Below are positions 8,319-17,038 of a DNA stretch of 27,389 bases, piece after piece (the stretch's first letter is position 1; every line of letters starts with the position of its first letter). The notes under the pieces were generated by a model that had not been told where the DNA came from, made no database searches, and saw only the letters and a program-made list of their open reading frames with translations. The stretch comes from a virus. Taxonomy: Duplodnaviria; Caudoviricetes. The stretch spans positions 1 to 27,389 of the IMG/VR virus record IMGVR_UViG_3300037461_000702. One strand, given 5' to 3'. Position numbers and translations under genes: made by a program.

Positions 8319-8767
8319 TGACAAGACAAAGGAACGATAAGTATTCAACTGAATTCGGTTTATGGACAAGAGGACAATTAGAAGGTCAAACAAATGTTGA
8401 TATTATAGATAGTGATAATGGTTATATAGCTACTGATTTAGATTATATTTGGGCTAATTATAAGAAGAAAGGGTTTATGCTAATTGAAGAAAAACGATAT
8501 AAAAGCAAAATGAGCTATTCACAAAACAATTTGTTTAAAATGATAGATACAATTATAAAGACATTTCAACGATTTGTATATTTATATTTAGGATATGTTT
8601 ACAAAGGATTTCACCTCATTACATTCGAGAATACTAATCCTGACGATGGAAAAATCTATATTAATAATACTGAAGTAACAACAGAAGAATTAATAGATTT
8701 TTTAGCATTTAAAAGCTCGCCAGAAAAATATATTGGATATTTTGAAGTAAATAGCATTGCAAATTAA
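8318..8767 (+). CDS. Putative PD-(D/E)XK nuclease-fold protein
   Basis: GGAGG at 8305-8309 and a TAATG overlap support start 8318. 'TDLDYI....GFMLIEEK......SYSQ' fits D...ExK...Q. Confidence 0.6.
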   Translation: MTRQRNDKYSTEFGLWTRGQLEGQTNVDIIDSDNGYIATDLDYIWANYKKKGFMLIEEKRYKSKMSYSQNNLFKMIDTIIKTFQRFVYLYLGYVYKGFHLITFENTNPDDGKIYINNTEVTTEELIDFLAFKSSPEKYIGYFEVNSIAN

Positions 8768-8789
8768 TAAACAAATTAATATAACCGAG

Positions 8790-8835
8790 CTTACTACGCC
8801 TCTTTATAAAAGCGTACCAGAGTAAGACTTTTTTT
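8790..8835 (+). terminator. Terminator-like bulged hairpin
   Basis: CTTACT/AGTAAG plus ACGC/GCGT stems followed by T7. Confidence 0.45.
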
Positions 8836-9077
8836 ATTGCCTTCTCTTCCCTGCTAGTGGTTTTAAAAAGAGAGAAAACCTATTTAAATTTAAATATGAT
8901 CGGATGAAAAATAAACTAGCTAATATCCATAATTTAAATTAAATATACACACTGGTTAAGGTTTGAGTGTGATAAAAGCCTATAGGATAGTCAATCTGGA
9001 GAGCTATTATCTTTCGAGTTAATAGAGTTGATGAAGGAATGGCTATTTTTTTATTTTGCCGAAATGGAGATTAATAT

Positions 9078-10004
9078 ATGGATAAAAAGGATTGTTTAAT
9101 CGAATTAGGAATACAGAAAAGAAACGGAAAATTAGATTTAACTTGGGATGAACTTGGATATAAATTTGGAAAAACAGGAGAACAGGTTAGATGTAGTGTA
9201 AAAAAATATTTAAAAAATAAAGGTGAACTTTCAGGATTTTATCACAAAGATAGAAAAAACATTCTATTCATTTCAGATCAGCACTGCCCCTTCAATGTTC
9301 CAAAAGAAATTTTCAAAGATTACATAAATAAAATAGATATACTTATATTTGGTGGTGATGTTCAGGATTGCCAAGCAATAAGTAAATTCATAAAGAAATA
9401 TAGAATTCCATTTGTTGATGAAATGGTTTATACCAGACAACACATGATGGATGTTATAGATTATATAAAACCTAAAAAAGTTATAGTTTTAAAAGGCAAT
9501 CATGAAGTCAGATTAATTAATTATCTAAGCGATAAAGTAACTGATTTATTGCCATTAATGCCTGAAACAAGCCTAGACTTAATTATTAATAATGGATTTT
9601 TTAAATACGATCATGAGAATAAATCGAAAATATATTACAGTCCATTGTCTGAAATATTTGATATAGATATAGAATATGATGGTGATTGGTGGACTCAAAT
9701 TGGAGATATAATATTTAGTCATCCCAAAGCCTTTAAAACAGGTATTTTGAGTACAACGGAAAAGGCATATACCTATTTTCTTCAGCAAGGATTACAATTC
9801 AATTGTTTGATAACTGCTCATACTCATGCGAGTGCATTTACTAAGTATGGTAAATGTTTTATGTATGAAAGTGGTTGTTTGTGTAGTGAGCCAGAATATG
9901 CTAATAGTGGAAATCTTCAAAAGCCTCAATCCCAAGGTTATTTATTCATAACAATGATTAACAATAAATTTAATTATGATGGTAGTAAATTAATTTTACT
10001 ATAG
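9078..10004 (+). CDS. Calcineurin-like metallophosphoesterase with N-terminal HTH-like segment (YonJ-like position)
   Basis: Motifs 'ISDQH', 'GGDVQD', 'GNHE', 'SHP', 'AHTH'. GGAG RBS. Confidence 0.88.
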   Translation: MDKKDCLIELGIQKRNGKLDLTWDELGYKFGKTGEQVRCSVKKYLKNKGELSGFYHKDRKNILFISDQHCPFNVPKEIFKDYINKIDILIFGGDVQDCQAISKFIKKYRIPFVDEMVYTRQHMMDVIDYIKPKKVIVLKGNHEVRLINYLSDKVTDLLPLMPETSLDLIINNGFFKYDHENKSKIYYSPLSEIFDIDIEYDGDWWTQIGDIIFSHPKAFKTGILSTTEKAYTYFLQQGLQFNCLITAHTHASAFTKYGKCFMYESGCLCSEPEYANSGNLQKPQSQGYLFITMINNKFNYDGSKLILL

Positions 10005-10027
10005 ATGCAATAGGTTGGTGATAAAAA

Positions 10028-10450
10028 ATGAATGAACAATTACCTGAATTTAAGAAAGTCGATGCTGTTATCGATGGAGAATATGTTGAAAAATTCTTTA
10101 TTAATCAACAGGAAGTTACATCGGAAGTATACTATAAATTACTTGAAGACAGAATTGTTACTAATCAACCTACTAAAGAAGATATTCAAATTGAAAACTC
10201 TGTAGACTTACCAAATGAAAAGGAAGTAGAATTTAACGAATATGTGAATTCACTAGTGTTTTTAATCAGAGATAATGAAGATAAAATGTTTGATATTTTG
10301 TTGGATGAGTTGACTTATCAATATAAGTCGGGATTTTTAGATGGTCAATTATTATTAAATAATTCATATGCAAAAGCTTTTAGGCAAAATAATAGATTAT
10401 TGCAAAATAAAATTTTTGATTTACAAGATGAATATGATAAAGACACATGA
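10028..10450 (+). CDS. Hypothetical acidic protein
   Basis: 140-aa ORF with GGTG RBS, in operon context. Confidence 0.7.
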   Translation: MNEQLPEFKKVDAVIDGEYVEKFFINQQEVTSEVYYKLLEDRIVTNQPTKEDIQIENSVDLPNEKEVEFNEYVNSLVFLIRDNEDKMFDILLDELTYQYKSGFLDGQLLLNNSYAKAFRQNNRLLQNKIFDLQDEYDKDT

Positions 10451-10468
10451 CCGACAGGTTATTTTTTT
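10447..10468 (+). terminator. Short intrinsic terminator
   Basis: ATGACC-GACA-GGTTAT followed by a T run. Confidence 0.45.
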
Positions 10469-10493
10469 ACGGATTTAAAGGATGTGATTAACG

Positions 10494-11396
10494 ATGCCGA
10501 GAGTAACTAACGCAATTAGAAAAAATGAGATAAAGAAATATTGTAGAAAATGTGGTGAAAAAACATATCTCGATGACTTTTATATTAATAGAGAGTGGAA
10601 AGCTGAACACTTTAGAGATGCATGGTGTAAAAAGTGTGTAAATAATTATGTTTGCGATGAAGAGACACTTAAAGAATATTGTGAATTTAACAAACGTGTA
10701 TTCAGAGAAGAATTATGCGTTTGGGTAGATGAAAAATTAAAAATTGATTTTGAGAATGATAAAAAATATGTTAGATGTGTTGATTTTAATAAAAAAGATA
10801 GAATTTTTTGGGATGCATTTAAAAAATTGTTTTTTCAACACATGAACCGAATTCAACATTATAAGTTCTCTGGAACACTAACAGAAGATGAAATAATAGA
10901 ATTAAAAGAAGATAGAAAAGATAATCCTGATGCCAACAGGGGATTAGAATTGGATTATGGTAAAAAAACTTATAGTGCTGAATGGCATGGATTTTATTCT
11001 GTTGGTGAATTAAATTATCTTAATAAATATTTCAATGGATTACAGAGAGATTTTAAATTAGAAAATTCAGCATATATAGATTATGCTAAAAAGGTTTGTA
11101 AAGCTTCTCTTGCAATGGATAAAGCGTTTTCTGATATGTGTGATGGAAAAATGGGAGCAGATAAGAGGTATAAAGATTTTAAGGATATATTCGATCAATT
11201 ATCTCAATCTGCTAAATTTGCTGAAAAAACTAGAACTGAAAACGATAGTGTAGGTTTTGGTAGTCTTGGTGAAGTAATAAAGAGAATGGAAACAACTGGA
11301 TTTTTACAAAGAAAAATAGAGTTTGAAAAAGATGAAATAGATAGAGTTATAGATGATTATAGGTGGATTGTAACTGCTGTTGGGGAGGAAATTTAA
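10494..11396 (+). CDS. Putative terminase small subunit / packaging-associated Zn-finger protein (YonG-like position)
   Basis: N-terminal 'CRKCGE...DFY...WCKKC'; helical C-terminus with 'GSLGEVIKRME'. Immediately precedes TerL. Confidence 0.6.
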   Translation: MPRVTNAIRKNEIKKYCRKCGEKTYLDDFYINREWKAEHFRDAWCKKCVNNYVCDEETLKEYCEFNKRVFREELCVWVDEKLKIDFENDKKYVRCVDFNKKDRIFWDAFKKLFFQHMNRIQHYKFSGTLTEDEIIELKEDRKDNPDANRGLELDYGKKTYSAEWHGFYSVGELNYLNKYFNGLQRDFKLENSAYIDYAKKVCKASLAMDKAFSDMCDGKMGADKRYKDFKDIFDQLSQSAKFAEKTRTENDSVGFGSLGEVIKRMETTGFLQRKIEFEKDEIDRVIDDYRWIVTAVGEEI

Positions 11397-11397
11397 T

Positions 11398-13155
11398 ATG
11401 AATTTTTCCTTCAAAAAACAAGCAAAACAATACAATAAATATAATGATGGTAGTTGTGTTGAAAGCAATAAAGTAGCCAGAAAAGATGAAATTGAAAATG
11501 TTTATGAATGGGAAAAGCAAATTTGGTATTGGCGAAGTCATGTAGATGTATTCATTGAAGAATATTTTTCGACAGAGGACAAGCCAGTAAAATTATTTCC
11601 GTTTCAAAAAATGATTGCCCGAAGCATTGGCAACTGTGAAATTATAGATGATGTTGAAAGTCGTTCGTTAGGTAAGACATGGAAAATGGGTTGGATATTA
11701 AGTGCTTTAGCTGTTTTATATCCAGGCAACCAAATATTGGTAGTTTCCAAAACTGTTAGACAGGCTATTCTAACAGTCAAATATATTGAGATGGCAGCAA
11801 ATGATAATCCTAATTTATCCAGAGAAATTGTTTTTCCAATTCGAACTTCAAAAGATATGGCTGTAGTAAAATTTAAAAACGGTAGTCAAATTGAAGCTTT
11901 AGCTATGAATATTGATGGTAGTAATATCAGGGGACTTCGTAAGAAAATAATTTATATTGATGAATCTGCTTGGGTTAAAACTGAAGTTATACAGTCTGTG
12001 CTAATGCCTATCTTACAATATAAGAGAAATATTTATTGGAAGTTTAAAGATGAAGGATTTGAGGATTTTAAATCTAAACTAATACAGACATCATCTGCAT
12101 ATTTAAAATCATGTGAATTTTATCCTAGATTTAAACAGACATTGAGAGATATGAAGAATGGAGATACTGGAAAATTCGCATGTGCATTAAATTATAAAGC
12201 TGGTATTAGATATGGTATTATAGATGAACATTTTGTTGAAAATCAAAAGAATTTAATGCCTATCACTAGTTGGGAAATGGAATGGAACTCGCGCTTTATT
12301 GGTGCTACAGAGGGTTCATACTTTCCATACGAATTAACAGAGGCTTGCAGAACGCTTGAACAAATAGAAATTAGTCAAGCCAAACAAAGTAAATCGAGAT
12401 ATATTTTATCATGTGATATAGCTACTTCTGCTGCTTCTTATGCTGATAATGCTTGTATATGCGTTATGAAAATATCACAAAAATCCGATGGTACATTTCA
12501 AAAATTTTTAGTTTTTATCAGGTCTTATCATGGATATAAATTAGAGTTATTGGCAAATGAAATTAGAAAAACATGTGTAAGATTTCCGAATATAGAAAAG
12601 GTAATTATAGATATAAATGCATTAGGCGAAGGTATTATATCATTGTTAAATACGCCTTTTGTAGATGAAAACAATAAAGAATACTCTCCATTTATTTTAG
12701 ATAGTTTTGAAAAAACTGCTGGCAATGCATTGCCTATTATACGTGGCGTTAGAGCAGATAATAAATTTAATGCACGTATGGCAACTTGCACTAGGATGTT
12801 TTTAGAGAATAAATCATTATCATTACCTGTATCATCGGCTTCTATGAGAAGAGAGGTCGAGTTAAATGATGATAAAAAAGAAAAAGATACGGTTAAGGCA
12901 AAGCGAAATATGTTAATGGAAGAAATTGCTGTTTATATTGAAACAGATGCTTTGCAATACGAAATGGGTAATATAATTCCAAAAGTAACCGTATCGGGGA
13001 ATATATTGTATGATGTTCCATCTCAAACATTACATAAGGATAGATATACAGCTTTGGCAATGGCAAATGAATGGGTTTTTACACTTGAGGAAGTAAATAA
13101 AGATGCAAAACGTACCGAGACAGAATTCTGCATTGGTACTGCATACAATTGGTAG
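11398..13155 (+). CDS. terL: Terminase large subunit
   Basis: GGAGG at 11384-11388 supports ATG 11398. 'LFPFQ', Walker A 'SRSLGKT', 'IRGLR', Walker B 'IYIDES', 'TSSA'. RNase H-like nuclease motifs 'SCDIAT', 'IIDINALG', 'KDRYTA'. Confidence 0.92.
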   Translation: MNFSFKKQAKQYNKYNDGSCVESNKVARKDEIENVYEWEKQIWYWRSHVDVFIEEYFSTEDKPVKLFPFQKMIARSIGNCEIIDDVESRSLGKTWKMGWILSALAVLYPGNQILVVSKTVRQAILTVKYIEMAANDNPNLSREIVFPIRTSKDMAVVKFKNGSQIEALAMNIDGSNIRGLRKKIIYIDESAWVKTEVIQSVLMPILQYKRNIYWKFKDEGFEDFKSKLIQTSSAYLKSCEFYPRFKQTLRDMKNGDTGKFACALNYKAGIRYGIIDEHFVENQKNLMPITSWEMEWNSRFIGATEGSYFPYELTEACRTLEQIEISQAKQSKSRYILSCDIATSAASYADNACICVMKISQKSDGTFQKFLVFIRSYHGYKLELLANEIRKTCVRFPNIEKVIIDINALGEGIISLLNTPFVDENNKEYSPFILDSFEKTAGNALPIIRGVRADNKFNARMATCTRMFLENKSLSLPVSSASMRREVELNDDKKEKDTVKAKRNMLMEEIAVYIETDALQYEMGNIIPKVTVSGNILYDVPSQTLHKDRYTALAMANEWVFTLEEVNKDAKRTETEFCIGTAYNW

Positions 13156-13182
13156 TTAATTAAATTATTATATATTTTTTAT

Positions 13183-13278
13183 GGAAGGCAAATCAGATTA
13201 GCTATCTGATTATGTTGCTCTCTAGTCAACGCCTTCCTTTATTATTACTAGAGAAATAATCAAACTAGAGGTGAAAAT
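13183..13278 (+). promoter_or_regulatory. Structured 5' leader: three-way junction with loop-RBS pseudoknot
   Basis: P1 13183-13189/13231-13237; P2 13191-13198/13204-13211; P3 13214-13217/13227-13230. Loop TCTCTAGT is complementary to ACTAGAGA (13247-13254) and ACTAGAGG (13264-13271, overlapping RBS GAGGTG). Confidence 0.7.
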
Positions 13279-14421
13279 ATGAGTAAAAAACATTCTTATG
13301 AATTTGTTAAAGGTGTATTTGAATCTAAGGGATATGAATTATTAAGTAAAGAGTATGCTGGATGCGAGATTAATTTGGATTATATTTGTTCAAAACATAG
13401 AAATATTATTCAAAATGTTAGATTTAATAATTTATATAATGGTAAAGGTGGATGTAGATTTTGTGGGCAAGAAAGAACTGCTAATGCGAGGCGTATTGAT
13501 TACAATATTGTTAAGAAAGCCTTTAAAAATAAAGGATTGATATTATTAAGTAAAACCTATATTAATGATAGGCTACCATTGGATTATAGATGCATAAAAC
13601 ATAAAGATGTCATTCAACAAATATCTTATGATTCTATAAGGTCTAAAAAAGGTGGTTGCAGTATATGTGCTAGAGAAAGAACGGCTAATGCAAAAAGGCA
13701 GTCTTTTGAAGATGTTAAAAGTTTTTTTGATTTAAAAGGATTGATTTTGCTTGAAAATACATTTATTAACTCTAGTACAAATATGAGATTTATTTGTCCG
13801 CATCATCCAAATTTAATACAAGATATAACTTTGAGTAATTTGAAAGCTGGAAAAGGTTGCGTATTATGTGGAATAAATCGCGTAGCACAAATAAATAGAA
13901 CAGATTATGAAAAAATTAAATTAGAATTTAAAGAAAAAAATTTAAAATTACTTGAAAATATATATAAAAATAGTGCTCAATTATTAAAATATATTTGCCT
14001 AAAACATCCAGACGAAATTCAATATGTATCATATAATAATTTTTCTGTATCTACGTATATTTGTAAACAATGTAGAATCGAGGCTGTATCTGGCAGTAAT
14101 AATTGGAATTGGAATTGGGATCTTACCAATGAAGAACGCATTGTACAACGTAAATATACGGAATATAACATTTGGAGACGATTAATCTTCGAACGTGATA
14201 ATTATAAATGTAAATCTTGCAATAAAACTGGTGGCAAGTTAAATGCTCATCATATATATAGTTATTCAATTTATCCAAGTCTAAGACTTAATATAGATAA
14301 TGGCATTACCTTATGTAAACAATGTCATAATAAATTTCATCGTAAGTATGGATATAAAAATGCCAGCGCAAACGATTTAGATACTTTTATTCAAAATAAG
14401 ATAAGAAAAGAGGTGATTTGA
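13279..14421 (+). CDS. Free-standing HNH endonuclease with four N-terminal Cys/His repeats
   Basis: C-terminal 'IFERDNYKCKSC....LNAHHI.....NGITLCKQCHNKFH'. About 68-aa repeats of the form 'Y.C.KH...IQ.....GC..C'. Confidence 0.88.
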   Translation: MSKKHSYEFVKGVFESKGYELLSKEYAGCEINLDYICSKHRNIIQNVRFNNLYNGKGGCRFCGQERTANARRIDYNIVKKAFKNKGLILLSKTYINDRLPLDYRCIKHKDVIQQISYDSIRSKKGGCSICARERTANAKRQSFEDVKSFFDLKGLILLENTFINSSTNMRFICPHHPNLIQDITLSNLKAGKGCVLCGINRVAQINRTDYEKIKLEFKEKNLKLLENIYKNSAQLLKYICLKHPDEIQYVSYNNFSVSTYICKQCRIEAVSGSNNWNWNWDLTNEERIVQRKYTEYNIWRRLIFERDNYKCKSCNKTGGKLNAHHIYSYSIYPSLRLNIDNGITLCKQCHNKFHRKYGYKNASANDLDTFIQNKIRKEVI

Positions 14422-14425
14422 TAAA

Positions 14426-15934
14426 GTGTCAGACAAGCAATCTAATATGAATAATGAAAAATATACTGATTTTGTTGTTGGTTCAGATTTATCAAAACCT
14501 CAAATATTTCAGATATTTACATATGAAAATAAAGATCATTCTTTTAAAGGAGAATTAAAAAATTATAATTACAATGCCATATTAAAAGACAAACAAACAA
14601 ATATATATAAACTAATGGAACTTTCAAATTTTTACATAGATGCCGACAGTATATATAGTGGAATAATAAGGCGTGTTTTAACGCCATTTTCTTTATCATC
14701 GGGCTATAGGCTTCTTTGTAAAAATGATCGAATATTACAAAAATATATCGATCATTATGAGAAGGTTGGATTTTTAGATGTGGCGAGAAGTATATTTTAT
14801 GAATTATATGCATTTGCGAATTGTTATATATATTTTATGCCAGACGGTAGTTTAATAACATTGCCTCCGCATAGAATAAGAATAACTGATGTTATGGTGA
14901 ATAATGAACCTGTTATTGAATTCAATGTTGTTGAATTAAATAGGCGTAGTAATTATGGAGGCATAGAAGGTTTTATAGATACTCTAATACAAAAGTATAA
15001 AGGATATCCACCTGAGATAACAGAATCGTTGAAAACTGGAACTACAGGAGCATGGATTCAATTAAATCCAGAAAATGTTTTTGTATTACAAGAATCAAAA
15101 CCTATGTGGCAGAAATATGCTGTGCCTTTTATATCTACTTGTTTAAAACCATTAGCAAAAAAAGAGTTGATAAGTTATTATGAAGATGTTCAATTGAACA
15201 TTGGCGCAAAAGGATTTCTTCATGCTAAATTGGGGCATGATGAGTTTTTACCAAAGCCTACACAAACTCAATTGGACGCAACGGCAAAAATATTCCAAGA
15301 TGCGTTAAATAAATTTCCATTAGCTGTTACATCACATTTTGTTGATGCGAAATTCATTTCTGTTGACACAAAAGGTATGTTTGATAAATCTAAGTATTCT
15401 GAAATTAATAGTTTTATTTTATCGAGTGCTGGAATTTCGCCTTTGGTAGTCCTTGGAGAAAGTGAAGGTAGTTCATTTGCGCAGGCTAATATTTCTGTAA
15501 AAACTGCTGGAATGAGAATAAAGCAAAATCAGCAAAATTTTGCTGAAATGATGAAGAAATATAACAAAAAGCTTGCTGAAATGTGGAGAATATCGGAAAC
15601 AAAAATACCAACATTTAAATTTAATGAAATTGATTTAATTGGCGATAGCGAAATGAAAGCTGAAGCCTTACAATTATGGCAACAAGGTTGTATTTCTAGG
15701 GAAACTCTTCTTGAATATCATGAATTAGATTATGAACAAGAAAAAGAGAGAAAGCAAAAAGAAAAAGAATCTGGCGATAATGAAATATTTATGCCACCTG
15801 TTAATCCTTTTACTTCTCCATTCGGTGGAGATTCAAATAATGATTCTGGTAGACCGACAAAAAGTATTAAAGATTCAAAACAAGACAAGAACAATAGCTT
15901 GACTTCAAAACAACCAAAACCATCAATGAAATAA
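14426..15934 (+). CDS. Portal protein (YonE-like)
   Basis: 502 aa between terminase and protease; GAGGTG RBS with GTG start. Low-complexity C-terminus with 'GRP'; 'ISRETLLE..LDYEQE.ERK..E'. Confidence 0.8.
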   Translation: MSDKQSNMNNEKYTDFVVGSDLSKPQIFQIFTYENKDHSFKGELKNYNYNAILKDKQTNIYKLMELSNFYIDADSIYSGIIRRVLTPFSLSSGYRLLCKNDRILQKYIDHYEKVGFLDVARSIFYELYAFANCYIYFMPDGSLITLPPHRIRITDVMVNNEPVIEFNVVELNRRSNYGGIEGFIDTLIQKYKGYPPEITESLKTGTTGAWIQLNPENVFVLQESKPMWQKYAVPFISTCLKPLAKKELISYYEDVQLNIGAKGFLHAKLGHDEFLPKPTQTQLDATAKIFQDALNKFPLAVTSHFVDAKFISVDTKGMFDKSKYSEINSFILSSAGISPLVVLGESEGSSFAQANISVKTAGMRIKQNQQNFAEMMKKYNKKLAEMWRISETKIPTFKFNEIDLIGDSEMKAEALQLWQQGCISRETLLEYHELDYEQEKERKQKEKESGDNEIFMPPVNPFTSPFGGDSNNDSGRPTKSIKDSKQDKNNSLTSKQPKPSMK

Positions 15935-15956
15935 AATAATGTAAGGGGTGCTATTA

Positions 15957-16991
15957 GTGGCTAAAAACCCTAAATATACTTACGAAGAAGTTAAAAATCT
16001 GTTTAAAAAAAGAAACTATACATTGATATCTGAAAAATTCAGAGCAAATATTTTCACTCGCGATATATTAGAATATATTTGCAATAAACATAAAGATAAA
16101 GGTGTTTTGAAAATTAATTTTAATTCTTTTTTACGTAATCATGGTTGTAAATATTGTGGCGAAGAAAAAGTTAAGATATTAAATCATAATAAGAAAAAAT
16201 CTTTTGATGATGTAGTGCAAACTTTTAATAAATATAATTATATAATATTAGATGATAAATATATAAATAATAGAACATCTATAAAATGTGTTTGCAAACA
16301 TCATGCAGATGTCATTCAATATAAAACATATTCTGATGTTCAGCAAGGATATGGTTGTAGGCTATGCAGTAATGAAAATCTACATAAAAAACTTAAATTA
16401 GATTTTAATAATATACAAAAAGAATTTTTAAAAAAAGATTTAGTTATTGTTCAAAATTTTTATATAAATAGTGGTATTCCAATTAAATATATTTGTTTAA
16501 AACATCAAAATATTATTCAAGAAATTTCTTGGGATAGTTTTAAACAAAATCATGGATGTAAATTTTGTGGTATAGAAAAAAATTCTGGTTCTAAACATCA
16601 TAATTGGAAAAATGGTATTACATCATTAAATATTTATTTAAGAAAAAATATAGAAGATTGGAAAATTCAATCGTTTAAAATTAATAATTATAAATGTGTA
16701 ATATCTAATGATTATGCAGAAGTAATACATCATTTATATCCATTTAATAAAATTGTTAAAGAAGTTTTAAATAATGTTGGCTTGCCTGTATATAGTACAA
16801 TTAATGGATATTCAAGAGAAGAACTTCAAATATTGTGTAATGAATGTAATCGTTTACATAATATTTATGGATTTGGAGTTGCATTAACAAAAGATTTACA
16901 TAACGAATTCCATAGAATATATTCAAATAAAAATTTTAGTCCCGAAGATTTTGAGCAATTTAAAACTAATAAATTATTATATATAGCTTAA
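15957..16991 (+). CDS. Second HNH-like endonuclease with three Cys/His repeats
   Basis: AAGGGGTG RBS supports GTG 15957. Repeats 'YIC.KH......GC.[YF]C'; C-terminal 'YKCVIS....VIHHLYPF...GVALTKDLHNEFHRIY'. Confidence 0.8.
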   Translation: MAKNPKYTYEEVKNLFKKRNYTLISEKFRANIFTRDILEYICNKHKDKGVLKINFNSFLRNHGCKYCGEEKVKILNHNKKKSFDDVVQTFNKYNYIILDDKYINNRTSIKCVCKHHADVIQYKTYSDVQQGYGCRLCSNENLHKKLKLDFNNIQKEFLKKDLVIVQNFYINSGIPIKYICLKHQNIIQEISWDSFKQNHGCKFCGIEKNSGSKHHNWKNGITSLNIYLRKNIEDWKIQSFKINNYKCVISNDYAEVIHHLYPFNKIVKEVLNNVGLPVYSTINGYSREELQILCNECNRLHNIYGFGVALTKDLHNEFHRIYSNKNFSPEDFEQFKTNKLLYIA

Positions 16992-17038
16992 ATAACTAAT
17001 GTATTATTATACATAAAAAGTAAAGTTGGTGGGATATA

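Noticed and set aside
8990-9045. Glycine riboswitch
   Set aside because: Only the CTGGAGAG and GAAGGA words match. The P3 region and CTCTCAGG strand are absent and the gene context is unrelated.
13156-17038. Group I introns housing the HNH genes
   Set aside because: Terminase, portal and protease ORFs look complete and the flanking non-coding DNA is too short for an intron core.
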